Shown: positions 1 to 10,905, counted from the first letter of the stretch. The stretch is 64,000 nt of DNA from Candidatus Bathyarchaeota archaeon (GCA_963775685.1 CAVZJV010000014.1:384001-448000), one strand, 5' to 3'. A program made the numbers and translations. The notes: a model not told the origin generated them from the sequence alone.

Positions 1-260
1 GTTTTAAGCAAAAGAGCAGTGTGAAAACAATTTACCAAGAACACCAGTTATTTCTAAAGCCCTGGAGCGAAAGTCTATATCAGATTCCAAAGGAGAAACT
101 TACCCTGTGGCAGGGGGCACAAGACAAAACATGTCCAGTTGGCAATGCACAAAAAATCGTGCAAGTTATCAAAGGTGCGCGTCTGAAGATTTTTCCATAC
201 GAAGGACACTGTGTACTTTTCAACCAATTCCAAGAACTCAATATCGAACTTTCCATGTAA
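1..260 (+). CDS. alpha/beta hydrolase, C-terminal fragment (begins upstream of window)
   Basis: LWQGAQDKTCP...LKIFPYEGH resembles the acid/His segments of alpha/beta hydrolase C-termini; 5' truncated by the window edge. Confidence 0.65.
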   Translation, partial: FKQKSSVKTIYQEHQLFLKPWSESLYQIPKEKLTLWQGAQDKTCPVGNAQKIVQVIKGARLKIFPYEGHCVLFNQFQELNIELSM

Positions 261-470
261 CCAAAACTTCAACAAAGGTTAACTGCACCACATTTTAATC
301 CCGAACCCAGACATACTACTACCCCCACTATTTCAATCTACAAAAACTGAGTTCAACTTCTTCATTAAGCCGACTTGGAATAATCAAAATTAGCCGCTGT
401 CAAATATGATTGAATAGCGGCAATATTATTTCGCTTTTGCCACATTAATTAATAGAAGAAAAGGAATTCA

Positions 471-896
471 TTAAAACACGGCGTTAACCTTGACTTCAAT
501 TCCTTTCATAACGCTTTGAGTTACTGTACAATAGTTCTCAAATATACTCAAACACCTTGGAACCCGCAACTTGTCCTCTTCCTTAACTTCAAGGTGAATC
601 TGAACATCTAACCATGCAACTCTGAAATAACCTTCTTTGTTCCGTTCAACATTTGCCTTGACTACTGTGTCGAGCTTCTGGACTTTGACCTTAGCTTTGC
701 CAAGACAGTACAAAAGACTAGAACTAAGACAATGACCAACAGCAGCCGACAAAAGTCTCGTGGGATTTGGACCCAAACCCTCTCCAATAGGCTTCATTTC
801 ATCCACCACAAGATTTGTAACACCATCTTCGTCAAATTCCACTTTGAACTTAAACCCTTCAAGAAGCCCCAATTTTGTAAAAATAACCTCAGACAA
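471..896 (-). CDS. OsmC/Ohr family protein
   Basis: GPNPTRLLSAAVGHC and ENYCTVTQSV two-Cys OsmC motifs. Confidence 0.85.
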   Translation of the reverse strand: MSEVIFTKLGLLEGFKFKVEFDEDGVTNLVVDEMKPIGEGLGPNPTRLLSAAVGHCLSSSLLYCLGKAKVKVQKLDTVVKANVERNKEGYFRVAWLDVQIHLEVKEEDKLRVPRCLSIFENYCTVTQSVMKGIEVKVNAVF

Positions 897-1174
897 TATA
901 AATCGCCCTCAAACATTCCTTCTATATTTTAAATTTCTATTAGCTAGATCAACAATAATTTAGTTTTGTTGCTATAATTTACTTTTTTGTTTTCCCAAAC
1001 ATTCATTCGCGTATTTTGAGGCAGGTAGCTTACCGACCCCATCGTTTGGGTTTCATTAACGTTTTATCATATTTTAAAAAATTAATGGTCGTCACTTCAT
1101 TGGAAAACGCGTGATTAAGCAGTAGAACTCGCTCGCTTCCATGTTTGCTTAAAATTATCTGGAGTGAGTTTGAG

Positions 1175-1249
1175 TGGGCCGGACCGGATTCGGACCGGCG
1201 ACCTTCTGCACGTCAAGCAGATGTCCTAACCAGGCTAGACGACCGGCCC
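1175..1249 (-). tRNA. tRNA-Val(GAC)
   Basis: Cloverleaf GGGCCGG...TCTGC-TTGACGT-GCAGA...CCGGCCCA; T-loop reads TCCGAAT (atypical); no encoded CCA. Confidence 0.92.
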
Positions 1250-1450
1250 ACACTTTGCACATTTTTCTATGACGTTTTCATATATTGGTGCTTAGTCTGC
1301 TACTAGCATTGCAATACTTGATTTCCAGCTGGTATTAATCTGTTTCCTAACTCCTAAAAAATAAGATCGTGAGGTTAGCTGGTTTCTTGTTATGAGAGCA
1401 GTTTTAAGGTACTTCACGCATAATAATAAATTAAGACTTGGGTAAGGGTT

Positions 1451-2698
1451 ATGGCAACCGACGAAGTGCTTACACTACTAGTTGAATTCATAAACAAAAA
1501 CTCCAATGTGGTCGATGTTCAATGGGACCGCCGCATGAGCCCAAGGTTACTCTTTAACCCGTACTCCGAAAAATTTGAAGAACGAAAAATCGCCGCCCAC
1601 TACTTTCTGCTTGCTGCATCAATTCTTGACGACACCATAGTGGGATATCCGGAAAATGCGCGCATGCTTCTTGTCTACTTGCATGAAGCTTTTGGCAATG
1701 CATTCTTTGAAATTAAAAAGGCACATTTATTTGAAGAAGAAATCGAAAAAGCCAACTTCTACCACGATTTGGGCCCCAACAAGAAAGCAGCTTCAGAAAT
1801 TCTCGCTCAAATAAACCTCTTCGTTAAACTTAAGGCAGAGCGAAACCTTTTGCAGTACGCACAGAAATTCAGCAAACCCAAAGACTTCATAGACGACCTT
1901 GCCCAAAACATTCCGGCGTTGGCTGGTCCTCATAAAGATAAACTCTGGATTTACATGAGGTGGATGGTTCGCCCCCAACCTGATCTGCAAATATACGACC
2001 ACTTCTTGCCCGAAGACCTGTATGTGCCTCTCACAAAAGAAAACGCCAACGTTGCAGCGAGCCTTGGCGTTATAGAATCCGCTTCACCCTATATTTGGCG
2101 AGACGAAAAGACTGCAGCTGAAGCACGCCAAAAATTAACAAACTTCGCTAAACGTCTTTTTTCGCAGGATCCCGCTAAAGTTGATTACCCATTTTTCCTC
2201 CTAGGCAGATGGCTAAAACAAAAAACCCTCAACCGCTATACACTCAAAACAGCCCTTGACTTTTTGGAACGGATGCAGAAAATAACAGGGCAATCCCAGG
2301 CTTATTACCAGAAGATGAGCCGGTACAAGAGCGGATGGGAAAAAAAAACCGCACTGACTCTGCTTAGAATGCATATTCCATACGGCTATGAGACAATTAG
2401 TTTTCCCTTGCCAAACGAAGTCTATACCCCAGATTTCATTTTGGAGAAAACGGTTCATGGAAGAAAAATCATTCTTGAACCACATTTTGAAATGACCAAA
2501 AAACAAGCACGTAAATATGCACTTTTTAAAAGAACCTACGGACACAAATTCGTTCTGATTCTTCTCTTAAAAAACGATTTAATCTCTATGTATCATAAAC
2601 GCAAAATTTTAACTGACGACGTTTGTGACGATGTTTGGCCTATTGAATTTGTGCATCTGTTGGCTGAGAAAATTCGAAGAGGAACCTACGGCGAGTAG
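1451..2698 (+). CDS. DUF2400/TIGR02757-like (HhH-GPD-related) domain fused to a T7 endonuclease I-like PD-(D/E)xK nuclease domain
   Basis: LWIYMRWMVR..PDL..LYVPL..DPAKVDYPFFLLG (DUF2400-like); C-terminal YKSGWE..YGYE..YTPDFIL..IILE (endonuclease I-like). Confidence 0.7.
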   Translation: MATDEVLTLLVEFINKNSNVVDVQWDRRMSPRLLFNPYSEKFEERKIAAHYFLLAASILDDTIVGYPENARMLLVYLHEAFGNAFFEIKKAHLFEEEIEKANFYHDLGPNKKAASEILAQINLFVKLKAERNLLQYAQKFSKPKDFIDDLAQNIPALAGPHKDKLWIYMRWMVRPQPDLQIYDHFLPEDLYVPLTKENANVAASLGVIESASPYIWRDEKTAAEARQKLTNFAKRLFSQDPAKVDYPFFLLGRWLKQKTLNRYTLKTALDFLERMQKITGQSQAYYQKMSRYKSGWEKKTALTLLRMHIPYGYETISFPLPNEVYTPDFILEKTVHGRKIILEPHFEMTKKQARKYALFKRTYGHKFVLILLLKNDLISMYHKRKILTDDVCDDVWPIEFVHLLAEKIRRGTYGE

Positions 2699-2745
2699 GC
2701 AAGTAGTTAATTAAGCTGAAGAGATTTTTGTATTGTTGAATTTGG

Positions 2746-3111
2746 ATGGCGCAAGACAACTTTAAGCCCTTAGTGGTTTGGCTTATTCTCAACGGCAAAA
2801 CAGAGGAAGCCCTCGTACTTTTAGCTAAAACCTATCGAGTTAGTGTACCAGCACTAAAAGTTGGCTTACCCAAGAAACATAAAATTAAAGCGTACGGCTG
2901 CTACACCGCCAAAAACCAGACCATCTCCGTCCAAAACAGCGACATACTGATTAACCCCTTTGTGGTTATTCACGAATTTTACCACCATTTACGCAGTAAA
3001 GGGGTAGATAAGATACATCGCGGAACAGAAGGAAATGCAGACAAATTTGCGATAGATTTTCTGACGCATTATCAATTATCTGCCAGAAAAACTCAAAATT
3101 ACATCTCATAA
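2746..3111 (+). CDS. small HExxH zincin-like metallopeptidase
   Basis: VVIHEFYHH plus downstream E..ADKFA motif. Confidence 0.6.
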   Translation: MAQDNFKPLVVWLILNGKTEEALVLLAKTYRVSVPALKVGLPKKHKIKAYGCYTAKNQTISVQNSDILINPFVVIHEFYHHLRSKGVDKIHRGTEGNADKFAIDFLTHYQLSARKTQNYIS

Positions 3112-3524
3112 AAATCTTCATCTTCACATTTGGTGGCCTCAGTCACTTCTATTGGTACCTTCTCTCCCTCTGAATCATATGCAGCAATGCAGCGTCCTCC
3201 TTCAAATGGGTAACCAACAATCATAAGAATTCTCCCAAAAAAATAGTTCAAATCTGTATCGCTAGGTGAGATGTTTCCAGAAGGATGAGAATGCACCGTT
3301 CCAACCAGTGAATAATCTCCCGTAAACATGTAAGGGTTGAAGTGCGCAAAGCCTTCGCCGTGCACTGCAAACGGAGCTAATACCAAGTCAGTTACCTGGA
3401 TAATGCCTTTGCTCTTTTTGCCGCGCAGCATAAGAAAGCTTTCACGCGGGTAGAGTTCTTTGGCACCAGCGTAAATGGCATCTAAAATGTTGCTTGGGAT
3501 ATGCACAATTGTGTTTGTTGGCAT
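3099..3524 (-). CDS. JAMM/MPN+ (Mov34) metallo-isopeptidase
   Basis: YPRE...HSHPSGNISPSDTD JAMM motif. Confidence 0.9.
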   Translation of the reverse strand: MPTNTIVHIPSNILDAIYAGAKELYPRESFLMLRGKKSKGIIQVTDLVLAPFAVHGEGFAHFNPYMFTGDYSLVGTVHSHPSGNISPSDTDLNYFFGRILMIVGYPFEGGRCIAAYDSEGEKVPIEVTEATKCEDEDFYEM

Positions 3525-3633
3525 GCAAACAACGGTTATAATTGTTAGTTAAGAACTTTTGCCCAATGCCACCTCAATAAAGTATTCGGTAAACATTTAA
3601 GACACAATGAACTAGAACTGTTGACTTGGTAGT

Positions 3634-3718
3634 GCCGAGGTGGCAGAGTGGTTAACGCGCGGGCCTTGAGAGCCCGTGGAACATCCGTTCCGCATGGGTT
3701 CGAATCCCATCCTCGGCG
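3634..3718 (+). tRNA. tRNA-Ser(TGA)
   Basis: GCCGAGG acceptor stem, CGGGC-CTTGAGA-GCCCG anticodon arm, long variable arm, GGTTCGAATCC T-arm. Confidence 0.95.
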
Positions 3719-4031
3719 CCCTTTGTTTCTTTAACCTTTTGGATAAGATGGACATGTTCACTCTATTTCTGAGTATGATTCAAAATGTAAGAACATTAAA
3801 TAGAGAACACAAAAAATTTCAAAACTAACCTGGAAAAAACAATTAAAAATGAAATATAAACTAACAACAAAAATAAAAGACCCAGCACCTTTTGTCTTTT
3901 TAGCTTTTTGAACTCACAGCCTTACTGCCTAATGTATCCACCTGTGAGTTTCTTTTAATCCCTTCGGATTCGGATTATGAATTCATAATTTATTTATAAG
4001 AAAAACTCAAAAAGCCTACAGAAATTACAAG

Positions 4032-4223
4032 GTGAAATTATACTTGGCAAATGAAATCCAGCAGAAGAAAGCCTCTGAAAACGAAAAAACAATCGATATC
4101 CTTGAAAGAGAAAACAAAAAACTAAAAGCAATCAACATGGAACTAATAAAATCGCAGGTCAAAGTACTCGAAGACGCGATTGAAGGAGCTAAAGATATCG
4201 TCGCTAGTACGAAGAAACAATAA
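4032..4223 (+). CDS. small coiled-coil hypothetical protein upstream of chemoreceptor
   Basis: Heptad-rich 63-aa ORF ending 14 bp before the MCP start. Confidence 0.4.
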   Translation: MKLYLANEIQQKKASENEKTIDILERENKKLKAINMELIKSQVKVLEDAIEGAKDIVASTKKQ

Positions 4224-4237
4224 AAACCAACCGCCAA

Positions 4238-5541
4238 ATGGCCGAAATCTCAAGCAACGTCGAAAAATCCGCGGTAATAGTTTCAAAACTCGCAACAAAC
4301 ACAAGTCGCACAATAGACAAAGTAGTTACCACAGCCAAGAACGTTGGAAATGCCGCTGGAATAGTTATTGCGAACGCTGACAATGCAACAAAAGCAAGTA
4401 GCCGCGTTCTTGAAATGGGAAGACAAACGGCTAGTGTTATAAACCAGATGGCAATCGGTATGCAACAAGTCAGCAAAGCATCGCAGCAGGTATCTACAGG
4501 TGCCCAAAAACTAGCAGATCTCGCTCAGGGAGCAGCAAGAAATACAGAGTCATTAAAGAAAGTAATGGATGACGCAGGGGTAATTGCACGTGATGCTACA
4601 ACCGTGACCGATGAAGCTCTAAGAAAATCCCGGGACGCCAATGAGAAAAGCCAAAAAGGTCTCCAAGCAATTGAAGTGATTAAAAATGATATTACGCGGG
4701 TTTCTGATGCGGTTACTTCTATGGTTAGTTCTGTAGAGCAGGTTGGGCAGATGGCAAATTCGGTTTCGGATATTGCTAGTCAAACCAACATGTTGGCGTT
4801 GAACGCCGCCATCGAGGCTGCCCGAGCAGGGGAAGCTGGACGAGGATTCGCAGTTGTCGCCGACGCCGTTAAAGGCCTAGCAGGGCAATCAAAAACGGCT
4901 GCAGGCTCAGCCATCAACTTGGTAAAGAACATCAAAGATGCAGGCGTTCAAACAAGCAGCATTTCCAAGCAGTCACAATTAGGCGCCGAGCAAGGAGCCA
5001 ACATAGTTTTAGGAGCAATCAAAGAATCTGAGGGAATAGTGAAAATAATGGGTGACATGACTGTTAAAGTAAGCAATCTAACTAATGGCGTAGAACGCGG
5101 GCTTGAAGCTATCAGTTCAGTAGCAAAAACAATTGAGGAAGTCGCCAGCATAACAGAAGAAAGCTCATCAGCCTCTGAAGAAGCCTCCTCAGCCGTAGAA
5201 GAACAAACTGCATCGGCACAGCAGTGGCAGCAATTGCTAAAGATGTCTCTGAAACGGCCGAAAATCTTGAAAGTATGTCTAAAACCGTCATAACCAGTGC
5301 ACAAGAAATGGAGCAACTTCCAGTTATAGTTGGCAACGATGCGACAAGCGTTGAAAAATCAAACAAGATAATTGGGACGCAAATAGAGAAAGTTACCACA
5401 GCATCACAGGCGGTTCGTGAACAAGCTTTGTCAGCAGTGGGTGCAGCAGAAAAAACTAATATCAACCTGCAAAAACTCATTGATCACCACACCGGTCTTC
5501 TCAACGACATCAAATCAAAATATGACTTTGTGGGCGAGTAA
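4238..5541 (+). CDS. soluble methyl-accepting chemotaxis protein (frameshift near 5224)
   Basis: [30 protein letters not shown] signalling hairpin; no TM segment; ORFs 4238..5293 and 5224..5541 join by one indel. Confidence 0.88.
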
Positions 5542-5542
5542 C

Positions 5543-6065
5543 ATGCAAACTGTAATGCAAAATGGGGACATGCAAATTGTTAACTTCACCATAGGCGAAG
5601 TTAACTATGGAGTGCCCGTTGAACAGGTCCGTGAAGTTCGAGATATGCAAACGGTGACTCCAGTTCCCCGTTGAACAGGTCCGTGAAGTTCGAGATATGC
5701 AAACGGTGACTCCAGTTCCAGGTGCTTCAAGCTTTGTTGAAGGTGTCACAAACCTTAGAGGTCAAATAATCACTGTTATGGATCTTCGGAAACGTTTAGG
5801 TATGGCAGAAAAAGATGGTTTAGGCGAAAAGATCATCATCATAGATCTGGGCAAACATGCAATAGGAGTGGTTGTGGACGCAGTTACAGAAGTTTCCACG
5901 ATAAGAGGACCCTACATCGAGAGAAACTCGGAAGTCACAACCACCCTTGATGAATCCATAATAGGCGTCGGAAAACAAGGCAACAACCTTACCATCATTC
6001 TGGACATAGCAAAAACAATTGCTAAAACAAAAGACCAAAACAAATTAGTACAAACAGCTAAATAA
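5543..6065 (+). CDS. cheW: chemotaxis coupling protein CheW, interrupted by a 52-bp tandem duplication
   Basis: QIVNFTIGEVNYGVPVEQVREV..TPVPGASSFVEGVTNLRGQIITVMDL..GVVVDAVTEV. Confidence 0.88.
5615..5718 (+). repeat. exact 2 x 52-bp tandem duplication inside cheW
   Basis: CCCGTTGAACAGGTCCGTGAAGTTCGAGATATGCAAACGGTGACTCCAGTTC at 5615 and 5667. Confidence 0.95.
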
Positions 6066-6342
6066 GAAACCTTAAATTACCTTCACCAAAGCGAGGCCAA
6101 CCCAACTTTAGTTTTTTTTCTTTATCCTTTGAATCTTGAGTCTGCAGGATTTTCGAACAAACTCGTCGTTTAAAGGTTGAATTATGCACAATTGTGGTAA
6201 TTACTTCGCCATGTTTCGTTAGTTTGGAGAAAGTATTTTGTTTAAATTTATTCAATCGTACTTTTTGGTTCTCGGTTACGTACTTTTATAAGAAAGAGTG
6301 TTTTTAATCGCTCCTTGTTTTTAAACGATTTGTCCTAGGACT

Positions 6343-8452
6343 TTATTGTTTGTCAAGTAATTGAAGCATTTTTTGAAGATCGTTTGTAGGAGGCATGCAT
6401 GTTTGGTTGCGGCAAACATAAGCTGTGGCTTTTTCATCTATTTTTTCGTAAACGACTCCGGTGATAGGCGCCTGGGCTTTTTCGGGTGTCCATATTGTCA
6501 CCGTAAAGTTTGCCAAGTAATTTTTTCTTAAAGCTGCAAGCATTGCAATTGTGTCATTATCCGATGGGTTACCGACTAAAACAACATTAAATGTTGGTCC
6601 GAGTGCAAACTCTAAGCCCACAAGCAGGTATAAATGCCCAAGCGGTTGCCGTTTAACTTCTTCAGAGACCGTTTTTAGCAGTTTTGCAGCATAATTCTCA
6701 AAGGATAATTCTCCGCTTAAACGTGCCAAACGCAGCAAATTATGTAATGCTACAGAGTTTCCAGAAGGTACCGCTCCATCATAAGTCTGCTTTAGCCTCG
6801 GCACTGCTTCATCATTGCTATTTTCACTAAGGAAGAAGCCGCCATTTTTCTTATCCCAAAACTGCCCAATCATGGTTCGAGTTAAACTTACTGCAAATTG
6901 CAGGTATTTTTCGTTAAACCCTGCCTCGTAGAGCTCAATGAGTCCTAAAACAAAGTAGGCATAATCGTCTAAAAATCCTGAAATAGCCCTCTCACCTTTC
7001 GCATACCTATGATAAAGCAAGTTGTCATCAGTTTTCATTTCTTGGAGTATAAACTCTGCTGTTTTAATTGCTGCTTCAAGATACCTTTGTTTACCAAAAA
7101 CTTGGCTTGCACGAGCTAATGCAGCAATAGTTAGGCCGTTCCAATCAACAAGTACCTTATCATCTTTTGCAGGATGAACCCTTCGCTCTCGAACTTGAAA
7201 AAGAGCATTTCTGATTTTCCCAAGCCTCTCTATAAACTCATCAACCGTCAAGTTGGATTGGGATGCTAACTGTTCTATTGGCGCTGAGAAATGAAGTATG
7301 TTTTTTCCGTTTCTGCCCTTTGGCGGCTCAACGTAGTTGCCTTCAGGTTTAACTTCAAAGATTTTAATTGCCAAAGCTGCATCTTGCTGGGATAGGGCTT
7401 GGGTAATTTCCGCTTGTGTCCAAAGGTAAAACTTACCTTCTTCACCTTCACTATCTGCGTCTTCTGCCGAGTAAAAGCCGCCCTCTGAAGACAATAAATC
7501 TCTCAAAACATAGTCTAAAGTTTCTTTAGCAGTTAACATGAATTTTTCCTTGCCCGATGCTTAGGTAGGCTTCAACGTAGACTAAAGCTAACAGTGCTTG
7601 GTCGTAGAGCATTTTTTCAAAATGAGGAACCAGCCACTGCGCATCAGTTGAGTATCGGTGGAACCCAAAGCCTATTTGGTCAAAGATGCCGCCCAACCTC
7701 ATAGCACGCAGGGTTTTTTCCACCATAGTCCACGCCGTTTTTTCTTTTGTTCTATTGAAGTATCTTAGAAGGAAGACAAGGTTATGTGGAGAAGGGAACT
7801 TTGGGGCGTGTCCGAATCCACCGTTTTCTTGGTCAAAACGCAAGAACATTTGCTCATATCCGTCATCGAGTGTGCTTTTGTCAAGTTGATTTTCTATTTG
7901 TCCTTCTACTTCGGATGTTATCTGCTCCTTTATTTCTTTCCCAATTGATTCCATTTCTGCTCTTCTGGTTTTCCAAATTTCCCCTATCTGCGGCACAAGA
8001 TTTAGCATGCCAACAGTGCCATAACGATTATCTTTTGGGATGTAGCTGGCCACAAAAAAGGGGTTTTTGTCAGGAGACATTATTACGTTTAGGGGCCAAC
8101 CGCAGCTTCGCCCCATTGATTGACAAACAGCCATGTATGCGGCGTCAAGGTCAGGGCGCTCTTCGCGATCAACTTTAATGCAGATGAGAGCTTGATTCAT
8201 TAGCCCAGCTACTTGGTGATCTTCAAAAGATTCTTTTTCCATAACGTGACACCAATGACAAGTCGAGTAGCCTATGGAAACGAAAACAGGTTTATCTTCT
8301 GCTTTGGCCTTCTCAAAAGCCTCCGCGCCCCAAGGGTACCAGTCAACAGGGTTGTAGGCGTGTTGAAGTAAGTAGGGACTTTTTTCTTTAATTAGCCTGT
8401 TTGGTTTTCTTTCGTTTCCCGAATTGATATGCATAAATGAAAAGTCTCCCAT
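6343..8452 (-). CDS. thioredoxin-domain six-hairpin glycosidase-like protein (YyaL/SPATA20, DUF255); frameshift near 7540-7560
   Basis: [68 protein letters not shown]. Confidence 0.92.
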
Positions 8453-8503
8453 TCTACATTTGATGTTGTGGCTTATTTAGCTGTTAACTAAAAAGAAAGA
8501 AAT

Positions 8504-9133
8504 TTAGTAGTAGTATGTTGCGGTCACGTTCACAGTATTGGGATCAGCTTGGTTTGTGTTCCCAATATTGATTTGAAGTGCACCCGGCAGAACTGGAAAT
8601 ACGGCGCTTCCCACGGTACCTATTTCTTGGGAATAGTCAAAGTTGAATCCAGCGTAAGCATAGATTACCTCTGCGTAGGTTGTGTTCGCTGTGGCTGTTG
8701 CTTCAATAACAACATATCCGGCATAGTATATTTCATTGTTGAAAACTTGAGTGGTTGCATTGGCATCTTGGGTTACAGGTTGCTCGGAGATTAAGAGGCC
8801 TGATGAGGCCATATTTGCGATGTTGTAGTAGCTTTCTAATTGGTCATTTAAGGTTGCAATTTGATCGTTTAGTTCAGAAATTTGACTAACTGAAGCGTTA
8901 GAGTTTTGAGAAATCTGAGCTTGTAAACTTGCAATATTTGCTTGTAAAGCGCTGATGGTATTATCCTTTTGGATAATTTGCGCTTGTAAGTCCGATGACG
9001 GGTTCCCCCTCGATAAGTAAAGTGCAAGGACACTAACTAAGCCCGCACCAAGAACAATACATACAACTACAAGTGCGATAACTTTCATGCTCTTTTTCTT
9101 TTGACCTGGATTAAAGACACCCATAGGCTTCAT
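8504..9133 (-). CDS. membrane-anchored coiled-coil surface protein
   Basis: N-terminal TM helix, Q/N-rich coiled coil, beta-rich C-terminus. Confidence 0.6.
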   Translation of the reverse strand: MKPMGVFNPGQKKKSMKVIALVVVCIVLGAGLVSVLALYLSRGNPSSDLQAQIIQKDNTISALQANIASLQAQISQNSNASVSQISELNDQIATLNDQLESYYNIANMASSGLLISEQPVTQDANATTQVFNNEIYYAGYVVIEATATANTTYAEVIYAYAGFNFDYSQEIGTVGSAVFPVLPGALQINIGNTNQADPNTVNVTATYYY

Positions 9134-9233
9134 CTACTTTTCATACCTAACACCTTTAGGTATAAATAATTTTTTCCATATTGAACCCTAACTAATGTCA
9201 AAATAAAAAACCTGTAAAACTACAGGGAGAATT

Positions 9234-9680
9234 TTAGTATTTTAGGCTCAAGTACAGCAGCACCGACAATGCGGTGAACTCGAAAAGACCTGGCAGAAAA
9301 GCGAATGGCCCCAGACCGTACGCCCTAAAACTAAAGAGACCTACCACGAATGGATGTGATGCAATGTCTTTTAGTAGGAAGGCTAAGGCGAAAATTATCA
9401 AACCGATTGTAAAGGGTGAACGTGTTTTACTGAAGATGTTTATGTACGTTAAAAGTACAATTACGAGTAAAGCAATGTTTATGGTTGAAATGATTGTAAA
9501 GGCTAAATAGAAGTATTCGAAGTCGCCCGGGACAAAGCCGCCTGGAGGAGGCAAACGCCTTATCTCAAAAGGCGGCTGTTGCAAGATAATCGTTGCCCAA
9601 TAAGCCGTCAAAAGCGCTGCAGCTACAACTATTGCAAGAATTAACCCGATTCTTAGTCTGTTATTCATCTGTTTCTCCAA
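9234..9680 (-). CDS. integral membrane hypothetical protein (about 4 TM)
   Basis: Hydrophobic helices; directly downstream of the wHTH regulator. Confidence 0.7.
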   Translation of the reverse strand: MEKQMNNRLRIGLILAIVVAAALLTAYWATIILQQPPFEIRRLPPPGGFVPGDFEYFYLAFTIISTINIALLVIVLLTYINIFSKTRSPFTIGLIIFALAFLLKDIASHPFVVGLFSFRAYGLGPFAFLPGLFEFTALSVLLYLSLKY

Positions 9681-9698
9681 CTTGTTTTTCTCCTTTTT

Positions 9699-10002
9699 CT
9701 ACTTTTTCCCGATTTTGTTCACAATCTCCTCAAATAGGGAATAGTTGTCTTCCATTGTTTGAGATAGAAAGTATGTTGCGCCATACCTGTCTCCGACAGA
9801 TGTTATGATTTTGTTTTTCTCCAAAACTTCAAGGTGATGGCGCATCGTTTTATAATCCATCTTTAGAAAAGTGGCGAGCTGATTTGCGTTCTAGAGGAGT
9901 TTCATTTAGCGAAACAATTATTTTGGCACGGGTTGGTCCGCCTCTGGTGCCTGCGATTAGCCATCCTAACAGGTATTTTAGCGAACGAGCATTTGCAGCC
10001 AT
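9699..10002 (-). CDS. ArsR-like winged-helix transcription regulator (one extra base near 9893; absent from ORF track)
   Basis: Manual translation MAANARSLKYLLGWLIAGTRGGPTRAKII..NANQLATFLKMDYKTMRHHLEVLEKNKII..YGATYFLS; span 304 bp = 303+1. Confidence 0.85.
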
Positions 10003-10101
10003 TTTCCTAACCATTCCGTGCAAGATTCTTGGTCACTGTTAATCGGAGTTTAGTAATAAATGTGTGCTTCCCAAAGCTTAGGTCTAAGCGGTTTGGGCTA
10101 A

Positions 10102-10146
10102 AATTAGGAAACAATTTGGGTGTAATCCTGAAAAATCTCTTAATAA
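10102..10146 (+). promoter_or_regulatory. promoter block with ~11-bp tandem operator-like units plus BRE/TATA (copy 1)
   Basis: AATTAGGAAACAATTTGGGTGTAATCCTGAAAAATCTCTTAATAA; 34/45 identical to 10839..10883. Confidence 0.6.
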
Positions 10147-10166
10147 TCAAATGGGCACGAGGGTTT

Positions 10167-10748
10167 ATGGAACAGGAGGTGAAAAATCAGGATATGATCA
10201 TAAAAACAAAAGCTTCAGTTTTACTTTCAATCATGGTTGTCGGCGCAGTTGCTGGCGTAATAGTTTTTGCAATACAACCAACTGCTAACGCAAATGCAAT
10301 CAACTCCATAGCAGATGATGTAGAGACGACTCCTTCACTTTCAGCTATAAACGCAACCAATAATGGTCTAATCGGCTTTGGAGGATTTAGGGGACCCATT
10401 ATGATGGGAATGGATCATATATTTGGTGGCGGTCACAGAGCAATGCAACGGGGCTTTGGAGAATTCGGCGCGATTCAGGTAAGCAGTGATTTCACCGCAA
10501 ACGTTACAAACATCGCTCAAAGTGATAGTGATGTCCAAACCCTTCTAACTCAAGGCTACAACATAACCTTAATCCGCCCAGTGATCACCACAACAGTTGA
10601 CGGCAACGGTAACATAGTGACCAAAGCTTCAACTGCAGACATGACTTTGTTAGGTAACAACGGCAGCAGAGCATTTGTAGTCATTGACCTCACACAAGCA
10701 AAAGTTACGAAGATAATAACCATAGCAATGACAGAAATCAACAAGTAA
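10167..10748 (+). CDS. secreted/membrane-anchored hypothetical protein
   Basis: Signal/TM helix, Gly-rich low-complexity linker, globular C-terminus. Confidence 0.7.
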   Translation: MEQEVKNQDMIIKTKASVLLSIMVVGAVAGVIVFAIQPTANANAINSIADDVETTPSLSAINATNNGLIGFGGFRGPIMMGMDHIFGGGHRAMQRGFGEFGAIQVSSDFTANVTNIAQSDSDVQTLLTQGYNITLIRPVITTTVDGNGNIVTKASTADMTLLGNNGSRAFVVIDLTQAKVTKIITIAMTEINK

Positions 10749-10838
10749 TCAAAATTCAACCAACACTTTCTTTTTAATTTTTTTTTAAAAAAATACTGAT
10801 TCTAAAAGTACCTTCCAAATATCTAAGACGCGCTTGGC

Positions 10839-10883
10839 AATTAGGGAAAGATTTGGGTAAGATTTTGAAAAATTATTTAATAA
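10839..10883 (+). promoter_or_regulatory. promoter block (copy 2) upstream of the ABC operon
   Basis: AATTAGGGAAAGATTTGGGTAAGATTTTGAAAAATTATTTAATAA. Confidence 0.6.
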
Positions 10884-10905
10884 GACTTTAGAGTTTTGGA
10901 TTGCA

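Noticed and set aside
3634-6065. Integrated element at tRNA-Ser
   Set aside because: No duplicated tRNA 3' end (att site) and no integrase found in the window
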